In this document: one piece after another, positions 11,701 through 25,363 of the stretch | Position numbering within the stretch: position 1 is the first letter of the stretch | How the letters are laid out: every line of letters starts with the position of its first letter | Source: Epiperipatus broadwayi | Taxonomy: Eukaryota > Animalia > Onychophora | DNA length: 64,000 bases | Assembly (NCBI GenBank): GCA_028023455.1 | Contig: JAQFVV010000005.1 | Span: forward strand, 10,850,001-10,914,000 | Direction: 5' to 3' | Position numbers and translations under genes: made by a program | The notes under the pieces: generated by a model | The model's input: the letters and a program-made list of their open reading frames with translations, nothing else | Databases searched by the model: none | What the model was told of the DNA's origin: nothing

Positions 11701-14700
11701 ACAACAATAACTTCATATATGTTTGACTCAATAATTGGTGGAATAGTTCATCACCAAATTAAAAACTGGGAAACTGACATCTCTATAGCTTCATCCACAT
11801 TTAATTCTATATCAAATATAAAAGGAGGACTTAATCCACTCCTATCAAAAATATGCTCCAATACATGGAGAAGAAAAGGAATATTCAATTCAATACACTA
11901 CATTGCTCTACACTAGATAAATTATCCACATTCAATACTCATCTAACAACTATAACGACTTAATCCCATAAAATATTTATAAATATTGCAAAACTTTACA
12001 ACATATAGCCACAAAAATACCTATCATTTTGTCACAACAAAGAAATAATAATTCTCTTTTGAACAACAACTGAATTCTCCAAAATGATCGATCATCCGAT
12101 TCCTCCCGAATCCGATTGATCTAAAGACGTTTTCAATGGCAATTACACAATCATAAATAACTTTAATAATAGACACACACATGCGTATAAGCATACGAGA
12201 TACAGATAGTTTAAAATTGCAGTATACAAAAAAAAATCACTATTAAAGTATTAATGATTACTGCTAAAATTGGTAAAAATAAATATCTCACATCTGATAA
12301 CATTTCAGATTTGGTAATGTTTAAAGGTTCATTTGAAAATAAGTATTAACTACTGAGCAAAACAAGACGAATAATTTCTTTTTTTTTTTTAATATAATAT
12401 AATGCATTTATATTGGCCCAAATCAGTAATTAAATTCAGCATAAGTAAATAATGAAATTGTACATTATAAATAAAATAGCTGTTGAAAATAATTATTTAC
12501 TAACTAATAAACGAAATGCCTTCGGTAAGATTTGATATAATTAATTTTTTTATAACTAATTGTTCACCCCTTTTTGAATGGATTCTCCCATTCGTTTATT
12601 GTGTGCAAGAATTATCAACGCACACGCGACTAAACTTATATTATTAAAACAATAATGATAATAAAAATAAATTACCAGCATAATACATCTCTTATTATGC
12701 TATTTGGAGACGTTCTGGTTGAAAATAATACCATAAGGATACATGTGATAAATATATTTGATAATAACACATTTTTTTAAAACTAATACTATATACTAAA
12801 TATACCGTTACATAAAATAAAGTTCTCTTCTTTTTCCTTTCTGAATGAAATGAAATATAAGTTCATAAAAGTTTTCACACGACGATCCTTGTTATATCTC
12901 CAAAGAGCAAAAGAAAATAAGTAAACTGCACAAACGAATATAAAACAGTAAACACGAAGATAAATATACTGATGCATCAAATAAAAAACTTCCTGCAGGA
13001 GAAATAAAATAAGATTTGTTAACAACGTAAAAGCATACTCAATGTTTTTAGTTTTCACTAATGAATTGCAATTAACGTTTAAAATAATAGACTTCCTTAA
13101 TGAACAATATATTTTCTTTTTTTTAAAATGCAAGTAAATTATAAGTTGATATTTTATTCCTAAGATATCCGAGATATTCAATTACACTTTTATACAGTCA
13201 GTCATAAATAGGTATGAGAATTAATCACATTTACTGACACAAACTTGTCATCAGTATATATAAAAGCGTCACTTTATTTGTTTTGATAATTTCTTTCCTG
13301 TCACTATTTAAAAAGCACATAATTCTTAAAATATACTTAATGATACTTAATTTTATATCCTTCATTTCAATGATAAAACATAGGCAATTTAGGTGCTAAT
13401 GAAGATATATGATAATAAGGTTGCATATTTCCTGCATTTACTTTAATTATTAATTTTTTTTATATACTTAACGTAAAATTGACTTTTAACAGTTTTGATA
13501 ATGTCTAACAAAAGTTCATATTTTTTCAATATATACCCGCAATACGCAGTAAATTTTCTTTTCCTGTTATAATTAAAGTCTTTATACTTAATTGTAATAC
13601 AATAATTAAATCTCATTTTCTCCTTCCCAGTTAACGTTACATTTAAATGAAGCAATTTAAAGGTTAGATTAAGTTTTTCCATTTTTCCCTAAGTAAATAA
13701 TAATTTTTATTGAACAATTAAATAAACACTTACATGTATTTTGGCCTGCGTTAGAATAGTTTAAACCTTCAGGTAGGAGCGAACTAATGTATCTTCTGTT
13801 GTTTACGTGCACATTTCGTGAATAATAAAAGCAATTAAAATTTTAAATTGCTCTTTGGAAGAGAAATATACAAATTTGCAATTAAACTTTGCTAATAATA
13901 ATTTAGTTATAGTTATACTGGTTTACTATAACTTTTTTTTTTTTATATAAAGTTTTAATTAACCGCCTTTCGAAGTAATAATGAAATGCCCACTTGAAAG
14001 GTAATAGTAGAATGTCCTCTTCAGTGATAACAATGGAATGCCCCCTTTGACAGTAGTAAGTACCGACTTTTATAACCTTTTAGAATAATAATTACATCAT
14101 ATTTATCCTCCAATTATTCACGACAATGTCACATCAATAAAGAAATGATTGTCAATTTCGCCACCTACCGCCTAAACTCATTATATATGCAAAAAGAAAC
14201 CAGACAGTAAACAAAAAAAAAAAAAAAATGGTAAAAAAAAAAAAATCATTTCGTCTTTTAAATAAATGAAAGATAAAAATATTACATTAATAACTAAATG
14301 TTTTTAAAGCAGCATAACAAAATTAATGACAATAGCTTTAATAAATAAAATATTGGTCATTATTTGTCATAATATAATTTACTTGTCCATAATTTATTTA
14401 TACATCTAAATGTAATTAAATTAGTTTGTTTTAAACACTGTTATTGCTATAATTAAATATTTGAATGTAATAATGAAACACGTGAGCTAAAAATAAAGTT
14501 GGATAATGCATAAATGTTTTAGTATTAATATACTATAAGTATTATCCTGATACTAATTAAAATAATAATGGGAATAATGATGAGTAAATTATATCCTGCT
14601 GTTTATGCTATATGTTTTAAATGTATATAACAAATGGACCAGAAAATTATTCTAATAAAATGATTACTGCCCTAAGAGCTGATAAACCAAGTAAATGTCA

Positions 14701-14956
14701 ACCTAGACTGTATTGACGATATACGAAACAAACCAACCCTCTACCCTATTAATGGCTATATCCTAAAATAAGACCAAACATAAAAAAAAATCTTTTGATT
14801 ACATCTGCACCTTCCATTGAGTATATTTTTAAGTAAGAATAAAAAGTTTTTAAAATTTCACGTTATTTCATTTTTTTTCAAAAGGGATTATACTAGATAT
14901 TATTTATATACTATTACACTACTACAATGACTACTTCTGGTGTCACACCAGAAGTA

Positions 14957-15456
14957 NNNNNNNNNNNNNNNNNNNNNNNNNNNNNNNNNNNNNNNNNNNN
15001 NNNNNNNNNNNNNNNNNNNNNNNNNNNNNNNNNNNNNNNNNNNNNNNNNNNNNNNNNNNNNNNNNNNNNNNNNNNNNNNNNNNNNNNNNNNNNNNNNNNN
15101 NNNNNNNNNNNNNNNNNNNNNNNNNNNNNNNNNNNNNNNNNNNNNNNNNNNNNNNNNNNNNNNNNNNNNNNNNNNNNNNNNNNNNNNNNNNNNNNNNNNN
15201 NNNNNNNNNNNNNNNNNNNNNNNNNNNNNNNNNNNNNNNNNNNNNNNNNNNNNNNNNNNNNNNNNNNNNNNNNNNNNNNNNNNNNNNNNNNNNNNNNNNN
15301 NNNNNNNNNNNNNNNNNNNNNNNNNNNNNNNNNNNNNNNNNNNNNNNNNNNNNNNNNNNNNNNNNNNNNNNNNNNNNNNNNNNNNNNNNNNNNNNNNNNN
15401 NNNNNNNNNNNNNNNNNNNNNNNNNNNNNNNNNNNNNNNNNNNNNNNNNNNNNNNN
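14957..15456. other. Assembly gap (500 N)
   Basis: Run of N directly visible. Confidence 1.
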
Positions 15457-17478
15457 CTGTGGAATCAAATCTGTCAACAACTATACAAACCACCATGCTT
15501 TGTAGCTTTCCAGAGTTATGCTATTATTCAATGTGTTATGATTTATTGATTGTTGAAATATTGCTTATAACAAAAAGATGATGATCAATATTGATTTAAC
15601 TCAATTTTAGGTAATTTATGATTATACTTGTGTGGTAAAAAATAACATTGTATTAATCTAATTATATTTATAATATATAGTTATATTTTATTTAAAAAAG
15701 TGATATTATTATTAATTAGAATATTTGGTTAAGCAATTATTCTATTTTCTTTTATGTAATAAAGTAGGGATATTTGAAGAAATCATGTACACATATCATA
15801 TAATTAACAGATAAAAGTTTAAGCCAGTATTTATATAAATGTATCTAATTCATATTACAGTAATTATAAAACTAATATACATTGAACTCTTACCTTTGTT
15901 TGTTTTCATTCAAAACTGGTTGTTACTTTATAGAAGGAAACTCTCTAAAAATATAATACATTTAATTTGTTTATATATTTATTTTATTAATAAACAATGA
16001 GTCTATGATTTGAATATCCTTTTTCTTTGTAAAACAAGTTTATATTAAAAAATATAATTGCATTATTACACTATACTACAGTAACCTAATGTATATTATA
16101 GTTTTCTTAAAATTTTGCAACTCCCTGATATATCCCACTTGATATATCTAAATATTGTTTGATATTATTTATATTATTTAATTAATTTCCAATTATAAAC
16201 AATCTGTGATACCCATGTTTATCCTAATTTTATTTATAAACTTGTGAATTGTCATATAAATATTGACTGTAATATAATATGCATGTTACATTTACAATAT
16301 CTCAATTACTTTACATATCATTTCTTAATATTATAAAATATATAACTAAGGGTGTACACAATAATATTTGCTTCATTTAAAGGCCAATAATAATAAACAG
16401 ACATTCATAAATACGACTATTCCAATTACAAAATGAAAAAAAAAAAAAAGAATATTAAATATAAATATCTAAAAATAATCCCCTTTAATATGTTACTTTT
16501 AACATATTAAAAATCTCTACAGTTAATTATATTTTTAAACATTAAGAAGAGATTATTCATGAAACCAATTTAAACTGCATCTCATTATCAAGCTAAACAT
16601 CTGTTTTAATCTACCTAAGGTCATAACCGAAGCTAATTGGCTTGAACATGTAAACATATATATTTCATTGTTTACAATATGTCTTTGTGAATATATTTTA
16701 AATGTATTTTTTATTTTACAGAATTATACATTTACAATTAAAAATGATTAAATAATGAAATATTGAAAGAATTGTACAATTCTTAATTAGATTCAAATTA
16801 ATCAAAAATTTGAAAGAATTATGCAATTTATGTCTTTATTTAAATATTATTGGAGCAAGATAGCAAGGATGTATTTTAAAAAAGAGATTCTTATACATAT
16901 ATTGAGAAAGTATAGTTTCCAGTAATAAGGTTGCTTTCATAAAACAACTTACAAAAGACATCAAGCTATCTCTTAATGTATTGCATATTTATAATGTAAC
17001 AAAATTATATTTTCACATTTCAATTAACTCTGTTTATTCTCTTATTTTAAACATTATTTTTATGAAAGTGATATTTTGTTTAATAATAATAAAAAAATAT
17101 GTTACTTGCAAAAATACAGATAAATAAGGAAAAAAGCCTTGTAATAACAGAGCTAGTTTTTAAGTTTTTTTAAAAGTTCTAAAAAAACATAAATGATTCA
17201 TAATGTTATTCATATGGAATTAAAAATAATGAGAAACTTGAATGCATGAAAGATTTATTTGATCAGTGAAATGACATCTTTAAGATTTCTGGATCTATTA
17301 ACTTTTCTGTGATTTGATCATCACACAGTATAAGTTGTAAAGTGTTTGAAATTTTTTTCTATGACATAATAAGATAGTCTTTACTCAATGTCTCTGCATA
17401 AAGAAATTGATTACTTTTCTATAAAAATAAAAATCCCACAATTACATGAAGGCATTTCTAAAAAGTGACTACTAAATT

Positions 17479-18324
17479 ACAATTTATTTAAAGTAGATAT
17501 CCTATTTATTAATTAAATCTAAATCACTTGAAAACTTGAGTTTAGAATTAAATTTGTAGTCTTAAGTAATTGCAGTAGCAATTCTTATAGTTAATTATGT
17601 AATAAAAAGTGTATATTCGAAGTGTAATATTAATTTTAGATGTCCAAGAAAACATTTTTCATTATATTTTATTTAATTGCTGTTAAGTTTCTGGCTGAAT
17701 ATTTTATGTATTAATTTCATAAAATTTGATTTAAGAAATAATCTCAATTATTCTTTAGTTAGTAGTCTAATTAAATTTTAGCTTTTTCTTAAACTGTTTT
17801 TTTTTCTAGTAACTACAACTCCAAATATTATTAACAAATTATGATCAATGGCTTTGTTTGAGTTTAGTACAACACTGGTTAATTTTTCCTCTAAGTTGAG
17901 CTGTCACACACGACATAGTGTGTAGATGTCTATAACTAAATATTTGGAAACAGAAACATTTATTTCTATGTCACTTATCTTCCATAAAAGCATTTTCATT
18001 TATTCTCCAATCAATTTCAGCAAAAATGCATAAGTTAAGATTTAACAATATTAAAAGAAATACTTTAAAAGTAAAAAGCAAAAAGAAAGAAAAATCAAAA
18101 TTGAATAAAATCATAGAAGTTTTCTATTTACATAATAAATATGAAATTACAATAGAAATGAATTAGGAAAGTCATAAAACATGACTGTAAACACATGCCT
18201 GTTAATCAAATATAGTAATCAATTATTGACCAAAATATCCAGAGTTCAATTATTTACCAGTGGTATAACTTAGTAGTTAAGAAAAATTCCTTATCAGAGT
18301 ATGTTTTCCATAAGCATAAATATA
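17479..18324 (+). repeat. Copy 1 of a ~0.9-kb diverged direct duplication
   Basis: Collinear blocks shared with 24429-25363, e.g. ttaagtaattgcag, aaaatttgatttaagaaataatctcaattattctttagtta, tctataactaaatatttggaaa, aaatgaattaggaaag, aagcataaatataa. Confidence 0.85.
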
Positions 18325-20779
18325 ATTATTGTAATGAACAGCAAGCACCTAACATCCATCATCAGAAAGTGCTTTCCATAGGTGTATCCTCACACATATA
18401 TATATAAAATAACCTCTAAATCACGGAAAGCAGATTCCTGGTAACTAACAATTAGCAGAGCTAATAACAATAAACAAAATGCTGAACAAATCTAACAATC
18501 AATAAAAGAAAGTTTATTAACAATTCAACAATAAATATAATATACAATTCAATTGAGTTTAAATACCAGAGTTATTCCAACATAACAATGTTGGAATATC
18601 AAGTAAGTCTTTTCAATAAGTAGATAGTGTTTTGACAGCTAATAGTTTTAATATTTTATTATACTTCCCTAAAGAATTTTAGTTAAAATAGAATTCCTAA
18701 AGTTTAATGACTTGATAATTTCCAGATGTATGTACATATATATTTCACACTTGCAATAAACAAAAGCATCAATAATAATGGAGCCCTACTTTACTATATG
18801 TTCACCCATGCAGGAAATTTCAAAAATCAAGCCTACATGCATTGCATTAAACCAACCATAGGAAAAAACAAGTAAGATATGAGAATAAATAGGCCCCTTT
18901 AATAACCCATGTCAGAAAGCAGTAAAACTATATAGATAATCATAGGAAAGTCTCTTTACACATTGCAAACAAGTGGAACTCATGGGAAGAAAGGTCACTT
19001 TACTCAATGCAACAATATTAATAACCACAAATATATCAAGTGGTAATCAGAATAAGAAATCATAGGGGCCAAAACACGTGGTGTATAAATATCTGGGGTT
19101 ATTATATGCAATGTCCACATGTAAGTAAAACAATTCCCTTATTTTTAGACTTGTGTGATGTAATAATCACAGCATACAATTAAAACTGCTAACAACAACT
19201 TATACATGTATGCATGCTCACATTGTCAAGTAATCATATATAAATGGTTTCAAAAAAAATCTTTAGAGAATTATTAATGATTACATATAAACTATAATAT
19301 ATGAAAAAAAATCTAAGTCGTCTAAACTTTCTTACTTTTATTTTAAAGGAAAAAAATCATTCTCTTTTCAAAGTAACATGGATTGTACTTAACAATTGCA
19401 GAAATGATTTTTTTCTTTTAAAACTTTGAGGGGGGGGGGGGATTGTCTTAATTTTTTTTCAGAAAAATATCTTTTACAAAGAGAAATAAAAAGATTAACT
19501 TTAAAACTAGACTGAAACTATCAGCTGTATCAGATACATATTAATGTTTAACACAGAAGCATTAATAATATTACTATCAAAATTTTTTTTATAAAACAGA
19601 TGATATAAATATAAAATTAAATCATTTAACCTATATATCATTGGCTAAAATGCTATGTCTTTGTAAAACAGTTTATAAGAAAAGTTTACTTTAAGTCCAG
19701 AGAAAAGATGGTAAAGGCCATACTATTTTCCAAAAAGTTGATTTAGATTAATGTACATATGTGCAAATGTGAATAGTAATTTCCTTGTCATTTTACTGGT
19801 TTTGTTGATCTGGTAGAAGGAGTATATCTCTGAATTGCTTCTTGCATATTGAGAAGTGCATTTAATTATATGACATATTTGAAGATAGTGGTGGCCTGTG
19901 TTATTGGCCAGTGAGCAACGTTAAACATTTTATGGCTACAGGCTATATCTGGAGATTAAAGCTCATTTCCTGGTACTTCACTTGTTCATATTTTTTAACA
20001 TGCCCACTGGAAGAAGTTCTGGATATGATATGCTAAGCAGTCAGAATAACAATCCCATAAAAAATCAGAATCATTGCAGAATATCAGCATAGCACATAAA
20101 CCTTAATGTCATCTTTCAATAAATATCACCAACTAATAGAAAGGTAGAATTATTACAACTCTTATCAGATTATGCAAATATATTTGTTTATTGTATGAGA
20201 CAGCCACAATACCAAATTTGTTCTGAGCAAAATTGATATATTCTAAGTATTAGAAGAAATTAATTTCTGTTTAATGACATTTTAATTACAGTAAGCTCTG
20301 AAATATCATTACATCAAAGACTAATAGTCAGGTAAATAAATTAATTGCTTCATTGCTCAGGAGTTCATATAAAGTTCAAATGCTTGAAGAGTCAGAACAG
20401 AAACTGATTCAAACATGTTACTCTCTTGAATTTGACATTGATTGCAGTTAATTATGCAATCATGGTATGTTCTAATGCAGTGGTGGAGTGTTAAATTCTG
20501 TGGTCTTGTATAATTAAATACATTGACAGACTGAAGTACTCTGGGCTTCTGTGTGGTTTAATACAGTAGTGGAATGTCAGATTCTGGAACACGAGTTTCT
20601 TGGATCAATTCCATTCTGAGTCTTCCAGCACTCAAACTTCATATGAATGCTCAACCAATAAAGCTCTTTGATTATTTTATTTCATGCAATCAAATAAATG
20701 TAGAATCAAAATCATGGATGATTATTGAGGTATATTAACCATCTTGAAAAAAGTGTGACTTGTTAAAATATGCTATCAC

Positions 20780-21400
20780 ACCAAAAACTGCCAAGGAATT
20801 CTAGAACCTTCTCACTTTGATGAATTACTTAAATTCTTTTATGAAATTTGTGAAACATTTATACAAACTGCTTTCAGAAAATGGCACTTGGTGATATTAT
20901 AGGAAGATGTGTTCAAAAAATGAAAATACTCTCAAACAAGTTTTTGGTATGTTTGGGCAATACTAAAGAAGTACAGCTAATTAGTATAGATACATCAAAA
21001 TGTTTTTTAGGCATATGTATTAATTCTTTTAGTTTTAATGATAAATCTTGTATGCTATTTTACAAGCTCTTTATCAAAAGCTGTAACAATATTAATAAAG
21101 AAGTGATAATTGTAAATTTGAACTCAAAAAAATATGTCAATACCTTTCTAATGAGTATTTTCATATAATGAGTGGACTATAAACAATTATTGGGGATACT
21201 ATCTTGTGACAAACTATTGCTAGATTTTGAACTCATATGTTGAAGTCAAGAAATGTTTTAGCATCCTATTGCCATCTGATATATAATCAAGCAAAAATAT
21301 TAATGAGAGAAACATTGCTCAGGAATCCTGATAGAAGGAATATCAGAATTAAGAAATCATAATAAACTACATTGAGGTTCTACAGCCAAACTAGACAAAA
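20780..21400 (+). mobile_element. Old LINE RT remnant
   Basis: NYRPISL-like aattctagaaccttctcactt (~20798) and KEVQLISIDTSKCF (LDxSKAFD-like) in ORF 20881-21168. Confidence 0.45.
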
Positions 21401-22600
21401 AAATAAAAGGTTACCAGTGACTGATACTTTATTTAGTATATCATCTTTAGCAATTTGGTAGAAAAATGTATTTAAGTTAATATTGAAGAAAATTTAGGAT
21501 TCATTTCTTTTAAGACAATAGTAGCTGAGCAGAATGTTAAATATTAAAACATATAAAAGTTTCCAATTAATCAGCCTACTAAAAAAGTTCACAAAGACCT
21601 ACACATTACTGGCTTAATGCAAGTGTTTATATAATAAACAGTTACATTCTCTAAAAAGGCACAAGTTTATTTTCTACCAAATACTTACATATTATCACCT
21701 AATGATACAATGCCATAACAAAGAGTTCATATAATAAAAAAGTAACATTCTCTAAAAAGACACAAAAATTTTTTGATAAAAAAAGAAGTGGTGAAAACAC
21801 TATAAAAAAACGTTATGAAATAAATATTCTCACAATGCAGACTGCTGGAAGTAATTATGTCAAAAAATGATATGAAATTCATGGAAAAAGAATAGAAGAA
21901 TAATTCAGTGATGAAAGCATCGAACATTTATATAACTTCTTAACAATGTGAGTTAAATAGGGTAGTTGAAAACATGTTATAACAACTTAAAAGTCAAATC
22001 ATAAATTCTGAAAATAATAAAATTCAAAATATCCTATAAATGATCTTAGTGCATCAAAACATCACACCAATAATAACTACAGTAAAATCCCTGTAGAATT
22101 GTTGATAGAATGTAAATTAAAAAGTATCAATAAGCATTTAGTACAAAAAAAGCAATTGAGTTTTCAACACTGAAAATAAAAATATAAAAGAAAAAAATCA
22201 TTATATAGTATACTTTAAACAAAAAGTGAGTAAAGGTATAATCTCAAAAAGATTATCAAATAAATAGATGTTATGCAATTAGGTGAGGTGGAGAATGGAC
22301 TATGGAAGAAACTAAATGACCAGAATTTTAATACCAAATAAAGGATAAATTTATAGAGTGAAGAACAAGAAAAAATTATATAATGATTGAGATAATTGAG
22401 CTGCTTCTATAACACCAGACAGCTGAAAAGTACAAAATGGAATTTTGAAAAATAAAACATCAATCAGCCCAAAAGAGATGCTGCCGGAAAATAAAATTTC
22501 ATAATAACAGAAAATGATGAAGAGGATTGAAATGTATAAGTTATTAAAAAATATTTCCTCCCCCATTTCACAAATATATAGTAAAATTTAAAAATATAAA

Positions 22601-23375
22601 TATATTTGCAACATTTGATTTATTGGCAAATATCATTAAATGTAAATGATCAAAATACACAGCTTTTCATTATGAAAGTCAATCCTATGGTTTTAAAAGG
22701 ATTACATTTGGGTATGATTTTTTTAAAACAGTTAAAAAATATATATATAATATATATGGATGATATTGTCAATACTTTTAAAAATATTGTACAGCATCTA
22801 GAAAATTTGTAATTATTTCTCCATGAATGTTCTATCAACAATATAAAAATAAATTTAGAAAAATATACTATAATTGCAACAAAAATTACACTTTTGGGCC
22901 ATTTAATTAATGAGCAGGGGATTAAACCCCACCCTGACAAAATAGCAGAAATTCAAAATTTTCTTATACCCAGGACTAGAAAACAAAATCATTCCTAGGT
23001 TTATGTAACTGTTATCATAAATTTTATAAAAATATTGCCAGTAATACTATTTATCTGTCACTATTATTAAAAAAGTGTGAGAAATAGAAGTGGAGTAATA
23101 AGCATATGTTTGAATTTGAAAAAGTTAAAGCTATCTTTTTAGAGGAAATAATTTTATCCTATCCTGATTTTAAGAAAAAGTTTTATCTCTAATCTTCTAG
23201 TAGTAAATATGGTTTAGGAGTAGTGATGTTTCAACTTAATAAATTACAAGAGCCTCAAATTTTATATTTTTAAAATAGACATTTAAAAGAGGCTGAGCTT
23301 AACTATTCCATAACTAAAAAAGAAGCTTTAGCAGTTGTTTGGGCTTTCCAAACACTACATCAGTTTTTGTTAGAG
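22601..23375 (+). mobile_element. Ty3/gypsy LTR-retrotransposon pol fragment (RT plus RNase H), decayed
   Basis: FATFDL, YMDDI (22753-22767), LLGHLINEQGIKPHPDKI, FLGLCNCY, LSYPDFKKKFYL, YGLGVV and ELNYSITKKEALAVVWA. Stops and frameshifts present. Confidence 0.9.
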
Positions 23376-23891
23376 CCAGGCTGTTGTTCATGTTCTAAGA
23401 AAAGAGATTTATATTTGGGAATGTTTTTCACACATGTGTATAAGTAGTACTTATATTACAAGATTTTTCCAGAAATATTTTCATGAGACTTTCTATAATA
23501 TACGAACTTACAAAAATCATTATTGAATTCAATTTTATGAACGATCTGGGAGTTTGATTCTGAAATATTTTATCCTTTATATTATTTAGTAGTCATATAA
23601 TATATAATAATTAAGTTATTATCTTATTTTTTTAGTTTACATAAATCTAAAAGGTACACTATAATATTCAATTACAATTTGATAAATTCATTTAAGTTAC
23701 AAAAATGGTAATGAAATAATATACACAGCCGCAATAGCATAAATCACTGCCACCCCTATTGCTGAAATGTTGAAATAGATATTATCGAGAATTGACTACT
23801 TTAGTTATACATTTAAATTTTCAGTCTTTTTTTTTAATTTCCACTGAAGCATAAACACTAAAAGAAACAGAAACTTTAACTATAAAATCAA

Positions 23892-24261
23892 AAACATCAC
23901 ATGATCACCATCTCTACACTAGCACATAATTGTTGTAAACAAAGGCAAAACTCTCCATACAGTAGTGCCACCCTGTGCCAGAGTAGTCAATGGATGCCAG
24001 AAAGTTTTGCCTTTGTTTACAACAATTATGTGTTAGTATAGAGATGGTGATCATGTGATGTTTAGTGGTTTAACACCAATCCTGCCTAATAGGATAGTGG
24101 TGGCTATGGTTGTTTAAGAGCCAAAGACACCAAAATATATGGGTGCTGAATTGAGTTTTCAATTTCATTCTCATAGTTTTGTAGTACAGTTAAAAGGTAG
24201 CTGCTCGAGGGTTGCATTAGATCCTAAGATCTAGGTGCAGTGCTCTCAGATCCAAGGCTCA
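23892..24261 (+). mobile_element. Truncated hammerhead repeat-family copy with fold-back 5' inversion
   Basis: 61-bp inverted arms at 23892-23952 and 24003-24063. The segment 24003-24261 matches the reverse complement of the 6686/40304 family and stops just before the ribozyme core. Confidence 0.85.
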
Positions 24262-24428
24262 TTACAAAATTAAACACTTCATATTGTAAGTACAAATTGA
24301 AAAACAAACTTAAATAGAAATAGACAATCAGAGATTTTATTAATATCCAGTGTGGGCTGAAAACTTCCTACGATTCCACTCTTAAAAAAGTCAAATACTA
24401 AATCTTAAGTTGTGAACAAGATAATTGA

Positions 24429-25363
24429 ACAATTTATTTAAATAAGTTATCCTGTTTGTTAATCAAATTAAAATTACTTGAAAATCTGAGTTTAAAATTA
24501 AATTTGTGGACTTAAGTAATTGCAGCAGTATTTCTTATAGTTATGTAAACAATAAAAAAAACTCGGCCTGTTATAATTGTTTAATTTCAAATAAAAAGTT
24601 TATTTTCAAAATATAATATTAATTTTAAATGTGCAAGAAAAAATTTTTCATTGTATTTTAATTAATTGCTGTTAAGTTTCGGTCTGAATATTTTATGTAT
24701 AAAAAATACAGTATTTTATAAAATTTGATTTAAGAAATAATCTCAATTATTCTTTAGTTAATAGCCTAAATAACTTTCAGCTTTTTCCTAAGGTATTTTT
24801 TAATTTAACAGCTGTACTCCAAATATTATTATCAAATCCTGATGGTCATTATTAAACTCCACACATTGGATCACCTTACATAACAGAACATAAAAGATAA
24901 ATATGTCATAACTGCCATTATTTGTGTATGATCCTGGCTAATTTAAGCACTAAGTTGGACTCTCATATATGACAATCTGTGTAGATATCTATAACTAAAT
25001 ATTTGGAAAAAGAAACACTTATTTAAAATGCCACATATTTTCAATAAATGCATTATCATTTACTCTCCGGTCACACTCAGTGAAAATGCATGAGTTAAGA
25101 TTAAACAATGTAAAAAGAAATATTTTTAAAAAAAAAAAACAATAGAGAAAAAAAACTCAAAATTTAATGAAATTCATAGAAGGTACATTAAAAATGAATT
25201 AGGAAAGCCATAAAATGTTGCTATAAACATATGCCTATTCTTTAAATAATATAATTAATAATTGACCAAAATATTTAGAGAGTTTAATTATTTTCCAGAG
25301 GTATATCTTATAACTTAAGGAAAATTCCAAGGAGTGAATTATTTTCCACAAGCATAAATATAA
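24429..25363 (+). repeat. Copy 2 of the ~0.9-kb diverged direct duplication
   Basis: Collinear with 17479-18324, with indels. Confidence 0.85.

Noticed and set aside
12789-13682. 130-aa and 79-aa minus-strand ORFs
   Set aside because: Low-complexity F/I/L/K-rich translations of AT-rich DNA with no domain motif. The same applies to most other 60-105-aa ORFs in the track.
14932-14956. Perfect 12-1-12 palindrome tacttctggtgt-c-acaccagaagta
   Set aside because: It ends exactly at the contig edge and is most likely a read or assembly fold-back artefact.
14900-15581. Four long ORFs (188-213 aa) in the ORF track
   Set aside because: They consist of X residues translated across the 500-N gap.
18330-19130. 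Very old minus-strand LINE RT traces (GPLL-like)
   Set aside because: Only one weak motif, not enough to support a feature.
20540-20620. tRNA gene (A/B-box-like sequences; also ~59880-59920 on the minus strand)
   Set aside because: No cloverleaf can be folded; at most decayed SINE heads.
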